Of a stretch of 41,719 bases of DNA, positions 19,993 to 28,347 are shown piece by piece. The stretch covers positions 1 through 41,719 of the IMG/VR virus record IMGVR_UViG_3300020045_018018. One strand, written 5' to 3'. The DNA comes from a virus (Duplodnaviria > Caudoviricetes). The notes under the pieces were generated by a model that searched no databases, had not been told where the DNA came from, and worked only from the letters and a program-made list of their open reading frames with translations. The translations under genes and the position numbers were made by a program. The first letter of the stretch is position 1; every line of letters begins with the position of its first letter.

Positions 19993-20613
19993 ATGGGTAA
20001 AATTGCGAGAATTATTTCAAGTAAAATTGAAGATGATAAAATAATATGCAAATGTGAAATTTATCCTGATTATAACGTTCAGGCTCAATTATATTTGCCG
20101 CCGGGTGAAAGTTCAATGCCATTACCGGACGATAGAACATTATTAGTAGAAATGGAAGGATCAGGAATTTTTATCGCCTGCGGATTATGGTCAACGGCGC
20201 AAACAGTTGAAAAAGGTGAAAAATTATCATTTTCACGGGACGCAAACGGTAATATAAAATCAAGTATTTATCAAAAAAAAGACGGTAAAATTGTTATAAA
20301 TGCCGATAAAGAAATTGATATTTCAGGTGATAAAAAATTGATAATTGACATGATCGAAGATGTTGAAATTAAATCAGATGGTAATTTAAAGTTGATGGAA
20401 GGCACTGACTTTTCCTGTCGGTATAACGAACTAAAATCAAAACTTGATGATTTAAAATTGGCATTAAATAATTTTATATCAGTTTATAATTCGCACACTC
20501 ACACAATACCGACAGGTAATTCAGGGCAACCTAGTGCAACCGGAGTAAGCGCCACAACGGATTTTTCAAATGTAAAAATATCAAATATAAATGTTCCAGG
20601 AGTAGGAGAATGA
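19993..20613 (+). CDS. Baseplate spike (Mu gp45/gpV-like)
   Basis: PPGESSMP; C-terminal YNSHTH metal-binding tip. Confidence 0.8.
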   Translation: MGKIARIISSKIEDDKIICKCEIYPDYNVQAQLYLPPGESSMPLPDDRTLLVEMEGSGIFIACGLWSTAQTVEKGEKLSFSRDANGNIKSSIYQKKDGKIVINADKEIDISGDKKLIIDMIEDVEIKSDGNLKLMEGTDFSCRYNELKSKLDDLKLALNNFISVYNSHTHTIPTGNSGQPSATGVSATTDFSNVKISNINVPGVGE

Positions 20614-21071
20614 GCGATTTTCAAGGCGATCTTTTATTATTTTCAACAAATGACGGCGGAGAGATCGAATTTACCGAAAATAATTGTTTCCAAAATGATA
20701 CAGGATTTGAAACAGCAATTTATCTTTCTTTATTTGGCGGAAATTACAATGACAACGGAACTGAAGCGACAAAAAATGAATCATGGTGGGGAAATAATTT
20801 AGAAAATAATAATCCAGAACGAAAATTAGTTTCAAGATTTCAGAATATTTCAAGAGGATTGCCGTTGACTCCTGGGAATTTGCTTATTTTAAAAGATGCG
20901 ATCAAAGAAGATCTTCAATGGTTTATTGACGAAAAAATTATTGATATCCTGGAAATAAATTTATCAATACCTTCAAAAAACAGATTATTATCAGAAATTA
21001 ACGGAATTAAAGATAAATCAAAATTATTTGGGGTGAAGTATTTTAAAAATTTCTTGTCGAAAATACCATAA
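20610..21071 (+). CDS. Baseplate protein, Mu gp46-like
   Basis: ETAIYLSLFGG, WWG, DLQWFIDE. Confidence 0.85.
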   Translation: MSDFQGDLLLFSTNDGGEIEFTENNCFQNDTGFETAIYLSLFGGNYNDNGTEATKNESWWGNNLENNNPERKLVSRFQNISRGLPLTPGNLLILKDAIKEDLQWFIDEKIIDILEINLSIPSKNRLLSEINGIKDKSKLFGVKYFKNFLSKIP

Positions 21072-21082
21072 AATTATATAAT
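21054..21082 (+). promoter_or_regulatory. Putative sigma70 promoter upstream of baseplate J
   Basis: TTGTCG-17 bp-TATAAT. Confidence 0.45.
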
Positions 21083-21098
21083 AAAATGGGGAATAACA

Positions 21099-22316
21099 AT
21101 GGCATTTGAAAATAAAACCTTAGCCGAAATAAACGATTTAATCATAACTCAATTCGAAAGCCAATTCAGTAAAGTATTTCCTATTTTGCCAAAATCTTTT
21201 TTAAGGGTTTTGTCAAAAGTTTTATCCGCTGTTTTTATTTTACTTTATAAGTCGGCGGGTTGGATTTTTCTTCAAATTTTCGTTTCGACTGCAAGTTTTA
21301 AAGAAATTGAAATTTTAGGAAAAAAATTAACCCCATTGATTGAGTGGGGGAGACTTGTCGGAACTGGTGACCCGATTCCCGCAACACAATTCGAATGTAC
21401 TATATTAATAACTGTTAATTCTGCAGGATCAATCTTATATTCCGGGACTCAATTTCAATCAAGCCTCAATAACGTCTTATATATTACCACAGAAAATTAC
21501 ACATTAACCGGCGCAACAATGTCAATTAATGTTTTGGCGGTCGATGCTGGTACTCAAGGAAATTTAGAAGTTTCCGACATTTTAAGCCTTGTTAATACGA
21601 TTGGCATTATTGAAAATGATGCAACAATTACAACGATTTTGACAACGGCGATTGATACCGAAGATGAGGCAGATTATAGACAACGTGTAAGCGAAAGATT
21701 TCAATTACAACCTCAAGGCGGGGCTTATGCCGATTATAGAATCTGGGCTTCCGAAGTACCGGGCGTGAAACAAACTTATATTTATGCGGGCGATCCTCCT
21801 TCAAATGTTCTTGTTTATGTTGCAGGTGATGAAGAAATTTATCCAGACAGAATCCCAAATTCCGCCTTATTATTAGCGGTTGCAAATGCAATTGAATACG
21901 ATCCTGATACGACATTAGCAACCAGGCGACCTATCGGGGCGGTAATTGATCCTGCCGGTGATGGGTCATATACAAATATTCAGGCAATTTCTATTGTGAT
22001 TTTTGATGTTGAAATCACATCATTATCGGTAGATACGGCATTATTAGCACAGGTAAAAATCGACATTAAAGCAGCATTACAGGCTTATTTCCTTGAAAGA
22101 GAGCCGTACATCGAAGGGCTTTCAATCCCGCCAAAAAAAGGTGATATAACACAATCAAACGTTATCGGAATTGTTAATAATATTGTCCGTACAAATTCAG
22201 GAACTTTTTTAACTTGTTTAAATAGCATTTTGGGCGTTTCGACAACAAATTATTCATTATTACAAGGAGAGCTTGCAAAATTAGGAACTTTGACGATAAA
22301 TGGAGTTGTGGTATGA
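21099..22316 (+). CDS. Baseplate J / Mu gp47-like wedge protein
   Basis: AGTQGN, DTEDEADYRQRV, PQGGAYADYRIWASEVPGV. Confidence 0.92.
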   Translation: MAFENKTLAEINDLIITQFESQFSKVFPILPKSFLRVLSKVLSAVFILLYKSAGWIFLQIFVSTASFKEIEILGKKLTPLIEWGRLVGTGDPIPATQFECTILITVNSAGSILYSGTQFQSSLNNVLYITTENYTLTGATMSINVLAVDAGTQGNLEVSDILSLVNTIGIIENDATITTILTTAIDTEDEADYRQRVSERFQLQPQGGAYADYRIWASEVPGVKQTYIYAGDPPSNVLVYVAGDEEIYPDRIPNSALLLAVANAIEYDPDTTLATRRPIGAVIDPAGDGSYTNIQAISIVIFDVEITSLSVDTALLAQVKIDIKAALQAYFLEREPYIEGLSIPPKKGDITQSNVIGIVNNIVRTNSGTFLTCLNSILGVSTTNYSLLQGELAKLGTLTINGVVV

Positions 22317-22480
22317 AAAAGATAAATTTTAAAGATGGATTTATTGAAATAAATGAAAATAAAAATAATTTTTATCTTGGGGAAGCCGCAAATAAAATAT
22401 TATGTAATTTAATAAAAACTAAAAAAGAACTATCAATAATTAATAATAAAATAAAACTGGTTGAAAGGACATATTGTTAA
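22313..22480 (+). CDS. Small hypothetical protein (55 aa) between baseplate genes
   Basis: ATGA-coupled to baseplate J; stop 1 nt before next ATG; MKKINFKDGFIEINENKNNFYLGEAANKILCNLIKTKKELSIINNKIKLVERTYC. Confidence 0.55.
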   Translation: MKKINFKDGFIEINENKNNFYLGEAANKILCNLIKTKKELSIINNKIKLVERTYC

Positions 22481-22481
22481 A

Positions 22482-23168
22482 ATGGCATTTAATCGGAAAT
22501 ATTTTGATTTATTTAAATCGCTTCTTCCAAAATCAGACGCATTTTCGATTATAATTCAGAAAAATTTAACAAAGTTTTTCGAATCTTTGACGTGTATTCC
22601 AGATGATTTTAGAAATTTTGTTGATAATATTTATATGGATTTGTTTCCAAATTCGACCAGATTTATTGATCTTTGGGAAAAACAATTTGGAATTAGAATC
22701 CCATCTTCAGATACGGCGATTAGAAGATCAACAATCGACCTTGCCTGGAAATTAAAAGGTGGACAATCAGCAAAATATTTGCAAGATAAATTACAATTAT
22801 CCGGGTTTAATGTGCAAGTACATGAAAATAGTCCAAAAAATAATCCTGATATTTTTCTTAATTCGGCTTACATTATGGGTTGCGGAATGACAACGGCGGT
22901 TTGCGGGAACAATCTTGCTTATGCAGGAAGATCCGGCGGTTATATTTTGGTCAATGGATATATAGCAGATTCGTCAGACGTTAGAGATTATTTAGCCGTT
23001 TGTGGCGGAGATGGGATTACAGATGTTTGTTGTGGTCAAGATTTAGCCGTTTGCGGATATTTTGAACAATTTATAATAGTCCCAAAAATATCGATTGAAA
23101 AATTATTAGAAATAGAAAAATTGAATCAAGAAATTGAAATATGTAAAAAAGAGATGTTTGAATCTTAA
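22482..23168 (+). CDS. Baseplate wedge protein (Mu gp48/DUF2313-like), C-terminus apparently replaced
   Basis: LFKSLLP, DLFP, WEKQFG, GGQSAKYLQ, repeated xxCG; abrupt change of character after IIVPK at ~23088. Confidence 0.75.
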   Translation: MAFNRKYFDLFKSLLPKSDAFSIIIQKNLTKFFESLTCIPDDFRNFVDNIYMDLFPNSTRFIDLWEKQFGIRIPSSDTAIRRSTIDLAWKLKGGQSAKYLQDKLQLSGFNVQVHENSPKNNPDIFLNSAYIMGCGMTTAVCGNNLAYAGRSGGYILVNGYIADSSDVRDYLAVCGGDGITDVCCGQDLAVCGYFEQFIIVPKISIEKLLEIEKLNQEIEICKKEMFES

Positions 23169-23200
23169 AGTTATGATATAATAATTTTAAGGCGGTTTAT

Positions 23201-23395
23201 ATGGAATGTGTTTTAAAAAATAGTAATTCTTGTGGTATCTGCCAGGTATCAGGAAAAGATATTTGTAATATTTTTAAAATTGATTATTTGTTAACAAAAC
23301 AGGAAGCAATAGATAGATTAAAATTATTTAATTACGATATAGAAAAAGGCCTAAAGATTATGTATGATAATTTTTTAATTTTTGGAGAATTGTAA
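23201..23395 (+). CDS. Small Cys-containing hypothetical protein
   Basis: RBS AGGCGG; preceded by extended -10 TGaTATAAT. Confidence 0.6.
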   Translation: MECVLKNSNSCGICQVSGKDICNIFKIDYLLTKQEAIDRLKLFNYDIEKGLKIMYDNFLIFGEL

Positions 23396-23550
23396 TGTTT
23401 AATTTAATTATCGCTGAATATGAATGCCTGAAAGGATTACCGGCTTTCAAGAGAAATTGTAAAGGTCTTGAATGCGAAATTATATTTACTGAAGACTTTG
23501 AAAAATGGTTTTCGGAAACACATGAATTAAAATTAAAAAGGAGAGGAAGA

Positions 23551-23985
23551 ATGTATATCCAAAATGATATTAAATGGAAATCTTTTGAAATGACAAAAAA
23601 TGTTACTGTTGGAGAGTTTGGCTGTTTATTAACATCTATTTGTAATATTTTGGTTATTCTAGGATATGATTTTAATCCTTTAACTTTAGCAAAAAAACTT
23701 CAAGAAAATAAAGGATTTGATAACCAGGGTAATATTTTATGGAACGTTATAAATAATCTTTTTGGTTTAAAAGAAAATAAATATTTACCTTCTAGTAAGA
23801 TATTATGGAGTAATTTAAAAAACATAAATTACATTGTTCAACTGTTTTATAAAAATACCGGTCATTTTTGCAATGTTTTGTCAGTATCAGGCGATATTAT
23901 CACATATCACGATTCATTTGATGATAAAACAAAGCAAATTGATATAAAAAGAGTTATTTCTATAAGAGAGGTGATAAAAATATGA
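23551..23985 (+). CDS. C39-like cysteine peptidase, probable endolysin
   Basis: YIQND..W, GEFGCLLTS (catalytic Cys), GHF, HDS; RBS AGGAGAGG before ATG 23551; frame also open from 23395. Confidence 0.75.
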   Translation: MYIQNDIKWKSFEMTKNVTVGEFGCLLTSICNILVILGYDFNPLTLAKKLQENKGFDNQGNILWNVINNLFGLKENKYLPSSKILWSNLKNINYIVQLFYKNTGHFCNVLSVSGDIITYHDSFDDKTKQIDIKRVISIREVIKI

Positions 23986-24344
23986 CAAAAATGACGTTTC
24001 AAGAAATATTTGACATTATAATCAAGTATTATTTTTTATTGGCAGACAAGGGATTTAATGTTATTTCAATTGTTTTAACTATTTTTTTTGTTGATTATTT
24101 GAAAACCAAAGTATTCCCGAAATTTAAATTTTATTCTGTGAAATGGAAAAACGTAATAAATTTAATTACCGGTTTAATTATTTCTTTTTTATTTGCGTTA
24201 GTTTTTTATATATTTCTTCCAGGAAATAAATGGGAAAAAATAATTTATACATCAGTTTCAGGATTTGTCCTTTCTATTGCAAGTCACAATATCATCAAAG
24301 CGATCTGGAATATAATACCTACAAAAAAAGTTTCAGACAAATAA
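23982..24344 (+). CDS. Putative holin (3 TM segments)
   Basis: Three hydrophobic segments, basic C-terminus, ATGA-coupled to the peptidase. Confidence 0.7.
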   Translation: MTKMTFQEIFDIIIKYYFLLADKGFNVISIVLTIFFVDYLKTKVFPKFKFYSVKWKNVINLITGLIISFLFALVFYIFLPGNKWEKIIYTSVSGFVLSIASHNIIKAIWNIIPTKKVSDK

Positions 24345-24369
24345 ATATGCGCTCCTTCATATCTATTTT

Positions 24370-24398
24370 AGCAGGGTTAGTTTTAATCCTGCTTTTTT
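24370..24398 (+). terminator. Intrinsic terminator at convergence of late and early arms
   Basis: AGCAGGGTTA-gttt-TAATCCTGCT followed by a T run. Confidence 0.7.
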
Positions 24399-24541
24399 AA
24401 TCCGCCAAATTTAATTTTATTTTCACATTTAAAGCAAAGTCCTTTGTCTTTTTCGGTTAATTGATAATTTTTACCACAACATTTACATTCAAGAGTAATA
24501 TTATTTTCTGGCATAATATAGATTGGATTTTTATTTAGCAT
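24383..24541 (-). CDS. Small zinc-finger-like protein (52 aa)
   Basis: CKCC...CFKC; ATG 24541 after GGAG. Confidence 0.6.
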   Translation of the reverse strand: MLNKNPIYIMPENNITLECKCCGKNYQLTEKDKGLCFKCENKIKFGGLKKQD

Positions 24542-24542
24542 T

Positions 24543-24713
24543 TTATTCTCCCATATATAATTTATAAATAGAAAAAGTAAAATAAAAAGAAATATATAAA
24601 TCACAATGGCTTTTCCATATACCAAAACCTTTTATGCTTTTTATATAAGTAAATTTAATCCCAAATTTTAAAGGAAATATTTTTATCCCATCCTTGTAAA
24701 TTTTAAATAGCAT
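24543..24713 (-). CDS. Small hypothetical protein (56 aa)
   Basis: MLFKIYKDGIKIFPLKFGIKFTYIKSIKGFGIWKSHCDLYISFYFTFSIYKLYMGE fills the gap exactly; RBS AGGAG. Confidence 0.55.
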   Translation of the reverse strand: MLFKIYKDGIKIFPLKFGIKFTYIKSIKGFGIWKSHCDLYISFYFTFSIYKLYMGE

Positions 24714-24968
24714 TCAGCTTAACTCCTGTTTTTCTAAAGAATAACAACCGTCATCTCTTGTGCAGTCATAAAGACATTCTCCGCCTATATCTCTATCATT
24801 ACATTTTTTGCATTGCTTTTTATATGCAGTATGGCAATCTTCAACACCAAACTCTTCAGAACAAGGCATAAGATCATCAATCCCGCAACCACATTCTATA
24901 TCAGGATTGCACAATCCATCATAGTTATTGTTTTTCAAATAATCCAAAATAATTTCTTTTACTGTCAT
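24714..24968 (-). CDS. Cys-rich hypothetical phage protein
   Basis: YLKNNNYDGLCNPDIECGCGIDDLMPC. Confidence 0.75.
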   Translation of the reverse strand: MTVKEIILDYLKNNNYDGLCNPDIECGCGIDDLMPCSEEFGVEDCHTAYKKQCKKCNDRDIGGECLYDCTRDDGCYSLEKQELS

Positions 24969-25228
24969 TTTCGTAAACTCCTATTATTTATTTCAAACAA
25001 AACTTTTGCTAATTTTTCTTTTTTAACATTTAAAATTTCTTCATCTTCAATAAAATAAAGCATTTTTAATTGTGAAATCATTATTTCGACATCTGCAATT
25101 TCTTCGATGATATTTTTTAAATCATCCCTGGTAATTGCCCTGATAAGTTCGGATAGTTCTTCAATAGCTTTTTTCTTTTGATTTTCAACTCCATAATGAT
25201 TTAAAATTTGTCTTATTTGCAATTGCAT
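24965..25228 (-). CDS. MazG-like nucleotide pyrophosphohydrolase-family protein
   Basis: KAIEELSELIRAI...IIEEIADVEIM. Confidence 0.8.
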   Translation of the reverse strand: MQLQIRQILNHYGVENQKKKAIEELSELIRAITRDDLKNIIEEIADVEIMISQLKMLYFIEDEEILNVKKEKLAKVLFEINNRSLRK

Positions 25229-25230
25229 TT

Positions 25231-25929
25231 TTAAATTATCTCCTTTTGTCTTAATAATTTTCCAATTTGAGAATTATAAATATTCTGCGCATCTTTTACT
25301 GGTTGCTGCAGTGCCGGCTCAAACCATTTTCGTGGATGGATTTTTACTTGAGATTGTTTTGTATTATATATTAAATTTTTAACAAAATGAACGCTATTTT
25401 TTGACTTTGAAAATGATTTTATCTGGAAAATCCCGCCTGAATGATTTAAAAATTTATTTAATTTTTTTGCCATATATGCCCGGGCAACGAGTTTTGAACG
25501 ATAAGTCCCTTTTTGAATTGTATTTTTAACCATATTTCGTTTTATTTTACTCAAATATAATTTTTTTTGAACTAAATTTTTATTGGATCCGCCTCGGGCT
25601 AAATTTTGAGGGATCGCTAATTTATTTCCTTTTTTTGGCTTTTTTGTCCCGCCTTCTTCCTGCAATTGCATATACTCGGCTTTTTCGGATGCGCCTACTT
25701 CAGAAAACATAAAATTTAATGAATCTGAATTAACTTTTTCAACCCGAATTTGTCGCTCGGTAAAATTATTTCGGGTTATAAACTCGGATTTAATATTTTT
25801 GATTGAGTTTTTTCTAACAAGAAAAGCCATTGTATTTAAAGTGTTTTTTGTCGCTATTTCTTGAGCCTTTAATATATCGACAAATCCACGATTTAATTTT
25901 TCAGAATCCAGGGAAAGAGAGATTAACAT
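25231..25929 (-). CDS. Putative neck/minor tail protein (gpZ/HK97 gp10-like)
   Basis: ATKNTLNTMAF, YMQLQEEGGTKKP...LAIP, PRKWFEPA; basic. Confidence 0.55.
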   Translation of the reverse strand: MLISLSLDSEKLNRGFVDILKAQEIATKNTLNTMAFLVRKNSIKNIKSEFITRNNFTERQIRVEKVNSDSLNFMFSEVGASEKAEYMQLQEEGGTKKPKKGNKLAIPQNLARGGSNKNLVQKKLYLSKIKRNMVKNTIQKGTYRSKLVARAYMAKKLNKFLNHSGGIFQIKSFSKSKNSVHFVKNLIYNTKQSQVKIHPRKWFEPALQQPVKDAQNIYNSQIGKLLRQKEII

Positions 25930-25938
25930 ATTTAACCC

Positions 25939-26121
25939 TTAAAATATAAATTTAAAAATCAGTCCTACCAACAATAAAATAGAAATAACAATAAAAATAT
26001 CCCGCTGCCTTGCTACCGATAAGGTTAATTTCTTTGTTCTTTGAAAAACGTCTGTATCGGCAATATTATCAATTCTGGTTCGATACATTTTACGAAATTT
26101 TTTGCTTTGTTTATTTGACAT
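25939..26121 (-). CDS. Small protein with C-terminal TM segment
   Basis: ATG 26121 after AGGAG; hydrophobic C-terminus. Confidence 0.6.
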   Translation of the reverse strand: MSNKQSKKFRKMYRTRIDNIADTDVFQRTKKLTLSVARQRDIFIVISILLLVGLIFKFIF

Positions 26122-26587
26122 TGGCAACAACTCCTTTTAATGATTTGTGAATGTTCGCATGGCATTGCGGACAAACCCATATAACTTCTAATGGTTTTGA
26201 ATAATCAAAATGATGACCTTGAATATTATTTGTTTTATTACATTTAGAACATTGTTTAGGTTTTATTATTTTACCGTCACGAATTGCATTTGATAATTTA
26301 TTTTGTGCAAGCCGTTTATATTTATTGTTATTTTCCCATTTTAATTTATGAATTTTAATCTTTTCAGGGTTATTTAAAGCATAGATTTTGCAATTATTTT
26401 TTCTTTTTAATAATTTCCCTCTTTCCCTATCATAATTTCTGACATAATCTATATTATTATTTCTTTCATTTCTTGACCTTTCTTTTGTACACTCTTTACA
26501 TTCGTTTAAATACCCATCTTTCATCATTGAATGTTTGTAAAAACAATCTTTTGGCTTATTCTTTTTGCATTTAATACAAGTTTTCAT
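26111..26587 (-). CDS. HNH-type endonuclease with Zn fingers
   Basis: CIKC...CKEC; CSKC...GHHFDYSKPLEVIWVCPQCHANIH. Confidence 0.8.
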   Translation of the reverse strand: MKTCIKCKKNKPKDCFYKHSMMKDGYLNECKECTKERSRNERNNNIDYVRNYDRERGKLLKRKNNCKIYALNNPEKIKIHKLKWENNNKYKRLAQNKLSNAIRDGKIIKPKQCSKCNKTNNIQGHHFDYSKPLEVIWVCPQCHANIHKSLKGVVANVK

Positions 26588-26602
26588 TATTTTAATCCTT
26601 GC

Positions 26603-27079
26603 TTAAAAAGGAATAGAATTATCTATATCACTATTTTCATTTTCTTCCGGTTCTGGTTGCGAACTTTGATTTTTAAACGGATTTCCTGATTGACCAGAAT
26701 TATTATTATTCGGCTTATTTTCGGGTTTATTGCCTTGATTTTCTTCGTTTTTAGTATTCAAAAATTGAATATTATTAGCAATAATCATAATTTTTGATTT
26801 TTTATTTCCAGAATCATCCATCCAACGATCTTGTTTTAATTGACCTTCAACGGCAATTTTATTTCCTTTTTTTAGATATTTATTGCAAACTTCAGATAAA
26901 TTATTCCAGCATTGAATATCAAAAAAATTAACTTGTTTTATTTCTTTTCCATCTTTTGAATAATCTTGATTATTTGCAATCGAAAAATTACAAACGGGAG
27001 TCCCATTTTTTGTATATTTTAATTCAACGTCTTTTGTAAGATTTCCTAAAACAAAACAATTATTTATATCTTTGCTCAC
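26603..27079 (-). CDS. ssb: Single-stranded DNA-binding protein
   Basis: LGNLTKDVELKYT, YLKKGNKIAVEGQL, acidic tail ending IPF; GTG start after GGAGG. Confidence 0.95.
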   Translation of the reverse strand: MSKDINNCFVLGNLTKDVELKYTKNGTPVCNFSIANNQDYSKDGKEIKQVNFFDIQCWNNLSEVCNKYLKKGNKIAVEGQLKQDRWMDDSGNKKSKIMIIANNIQFLNTKNEENQGNKPENKPNNNNSGQSGNPFKNQSSQPEPEENENSDIDNSIPF

Positions 27080-27272
27080 AAATTCCTCCAAAAACTAATT
27101 TTACATTATGAATATTTTTCATTGCCTGATTATTTGCATTTTTCAAAATTAACATTTCAGAATCGTTATAATTTACATGATCTTCAAAAACAATTCTTCG
27201 TTCATCGTTTTCAGTGAATTTTATTTTGTAATTTAATCCGAGTTTTTCTGAAAAATAAATTTTATCAGACAT
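27060..27272 (-). CDS. Hypothetical protein
   Basis: RBS AAGGA; FEDHVNY..SE...IHNVKLVFGG. Confidence 0.7.
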   Translation of the reverse strand: MSDKIYFSEKLGLNYKIKFTENDERRIVFEDHVNYNDSEMLILKNANNQAMKNIHNVKLVFGGICEQRYK

Positions 27273-27299
27273 AAAAATAAATCCTTAAAAATATAAAAA

Positions 27300-27440
27300 A
27301 GCAGAGGCAAGAAATTTCATCTTACAATATCGGGTTGATATGGCTAGTAAGGTTTTATTTTTCAACCGATTAACGCTTAGCCGAGGATTTTCACCTCAGC
27401 GATTCCCATACTCAATAATGTTTTATTCCATCACTCTGCT
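27300..27440 (-). ncRNA. tRNA-like structured RNA (element C)
   Basis: AGCAGAG/CTCTGCT acceptor-like stem, TG linker, ATG/CAT D-like arm, GCTGAGG-tgaaaat-CCTCGGC hairpin, 9-bp stem with 23-nt loop, GTAAGA-tgaaatt-TCTTGC T-like arm. Confidence 0.65.
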
Positions 27441-27450
27441 TTTATTTTTT

Positions 27451-28107
27451 TCATTCAACCACAACCCCAGTAACTAGCCATTTTGCCGTGAAAATAAATT
27501 TTGCATATTGATAATCGTGATACCCTGGGCTTGCAAGATGGGTTATAGCATCAAAAGGATTAGAATATCCTTGTTTCCAATCAATTTTGCCTTCATTATC
27601 TGTCAATACCCAAACCAAACCAGGTTGACCGTATTGGCAACTTGCTGATTGCCATTGGTAGGGAGAATTATGAGCTCGTATTTGAAAACTCGCATTTCCA
27701 TGATAACCATCAATAAGACTAAAATCAATAGCGATATAAGCCATACCTCCGCCGGTAATTGAAGACAGGTCTAAGGTGTGAATCACGGAATCAGCATTAT
27801 AAGAATTGTTCCAATAAAACCATCCATTATTAAAATCATCGGCGACATCAACTGGATTAATGTCAAGATACCCATTAGCGCCGTCAGTTGTCAATTCGCT
27901 TGCGACCGGGTCATTTGTAGAAATAGATTTTTGCAAGCCGGATAAACTAATATTTTTTGATGAACTCAAAACTGGATAAATTTGAGTGTTAATAAATTTC
28001 GTCACTGAATTTTCAGTTTTTATAACAGTTTGTGTTTCTTTTACCTCCCCTGCCGGACTACACGAAAAAAATAATAGCGTAATAAATAAAAAAATTAAAT
28101 ATTTCAT
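27451..28107 (-). CDS. Lipoprotein, hypothetical
   Basis: Signal MKYLIFLFITLLFFS-C; RBS GGAGG; beta-rich C-terminal domain. Confidence 0.8.
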   Translation of the reverse strand: MKYLIFLFITLLFFSCSPAGEVKETQTVIKTENSVTKFINTQIYPVLSSSKNISLSGLQKSISTNDPVASELTTDGANGYLDINPVDVADDFNNGWFYWNNSYNADSVIHTLDLSSITGGGMAYIAIDFSLIDGYHGNASFQIRAHNSPYQWQSASCQYGQPGLVWVLTDNEGKIDWKQGYSNPFDAITHLASPGYHDYQYAKFIFTAKWLVTGVVVE

Positions 28108-28140
28108 TTTAAACCTCCGTTTAAATTTTATCTAATAAAA

Positions 28141-28250
28141 CAGTAAAGACAGGATTCGAACCTGCGTGACCTTTCGTCAAACGATTTATAGCAATCGTTC
28201 TACTCAGTCTCTATCTATAATCACCGTTATAACCTCTCCGGCACTTTACT
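28141..28250 (-). ncRNA. Class II tRNA-like RNA with expanded anticodon arm (element A; Ser-like)
   Basis: AGTAAAG/CTTTACT acceptor, G discriminator, CCG-GAGAGGTTATAA-CGG D arm, TGAC-gaaag-GTCA variable arm, GCAGG-TTCGAAT-CCTGT T arm; 110 nt, no encoded CCA. Confidence 0.75.
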
Positions 28251-28261
28251 CATATTATAAA

Positions 28262-28317
28262 AAGCAAGATTAACTTAATTTTCCCTGGGGAGTACAAAAA
28301 TTTTATTAACCTCGCTT
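28262..28317 (-). ncRNA. Hairpin element between tRNA-like RNAs (element D)
   Basis: AAGCGAGGTTAA pairs with TTAATCTTGCTT (12 bp, two G-U pairs favouring the minus strand). Confidence 0.4.
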
Positions 28318-28347
28318 ATTTTTAAAACTTTTAGAACAAATATAAAA

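Noticed and set aside
22870-23060. DGR template/variable repeat or invertible segment (ATTTAGCCGTTTG twice)
   Set aside because: Short repeat encodes the recurring LAVCG peptide; no reverse transcriptase or invertase in the window
24542-24625. Hydrophobic N-terminal extension of ORF 24383-24625
   Set aside because: Overlaps a better-placed gene (24543-24713); the RBS supports ATG 24541
28181-28200. Element A as an amber suppressor (CUA) or normal tRNA-Ser(GCU)
   Set aside because: No register gives a 7-nt loop with U33 before the triplet, and ~23 extra nt separate this hairpin from the D arm
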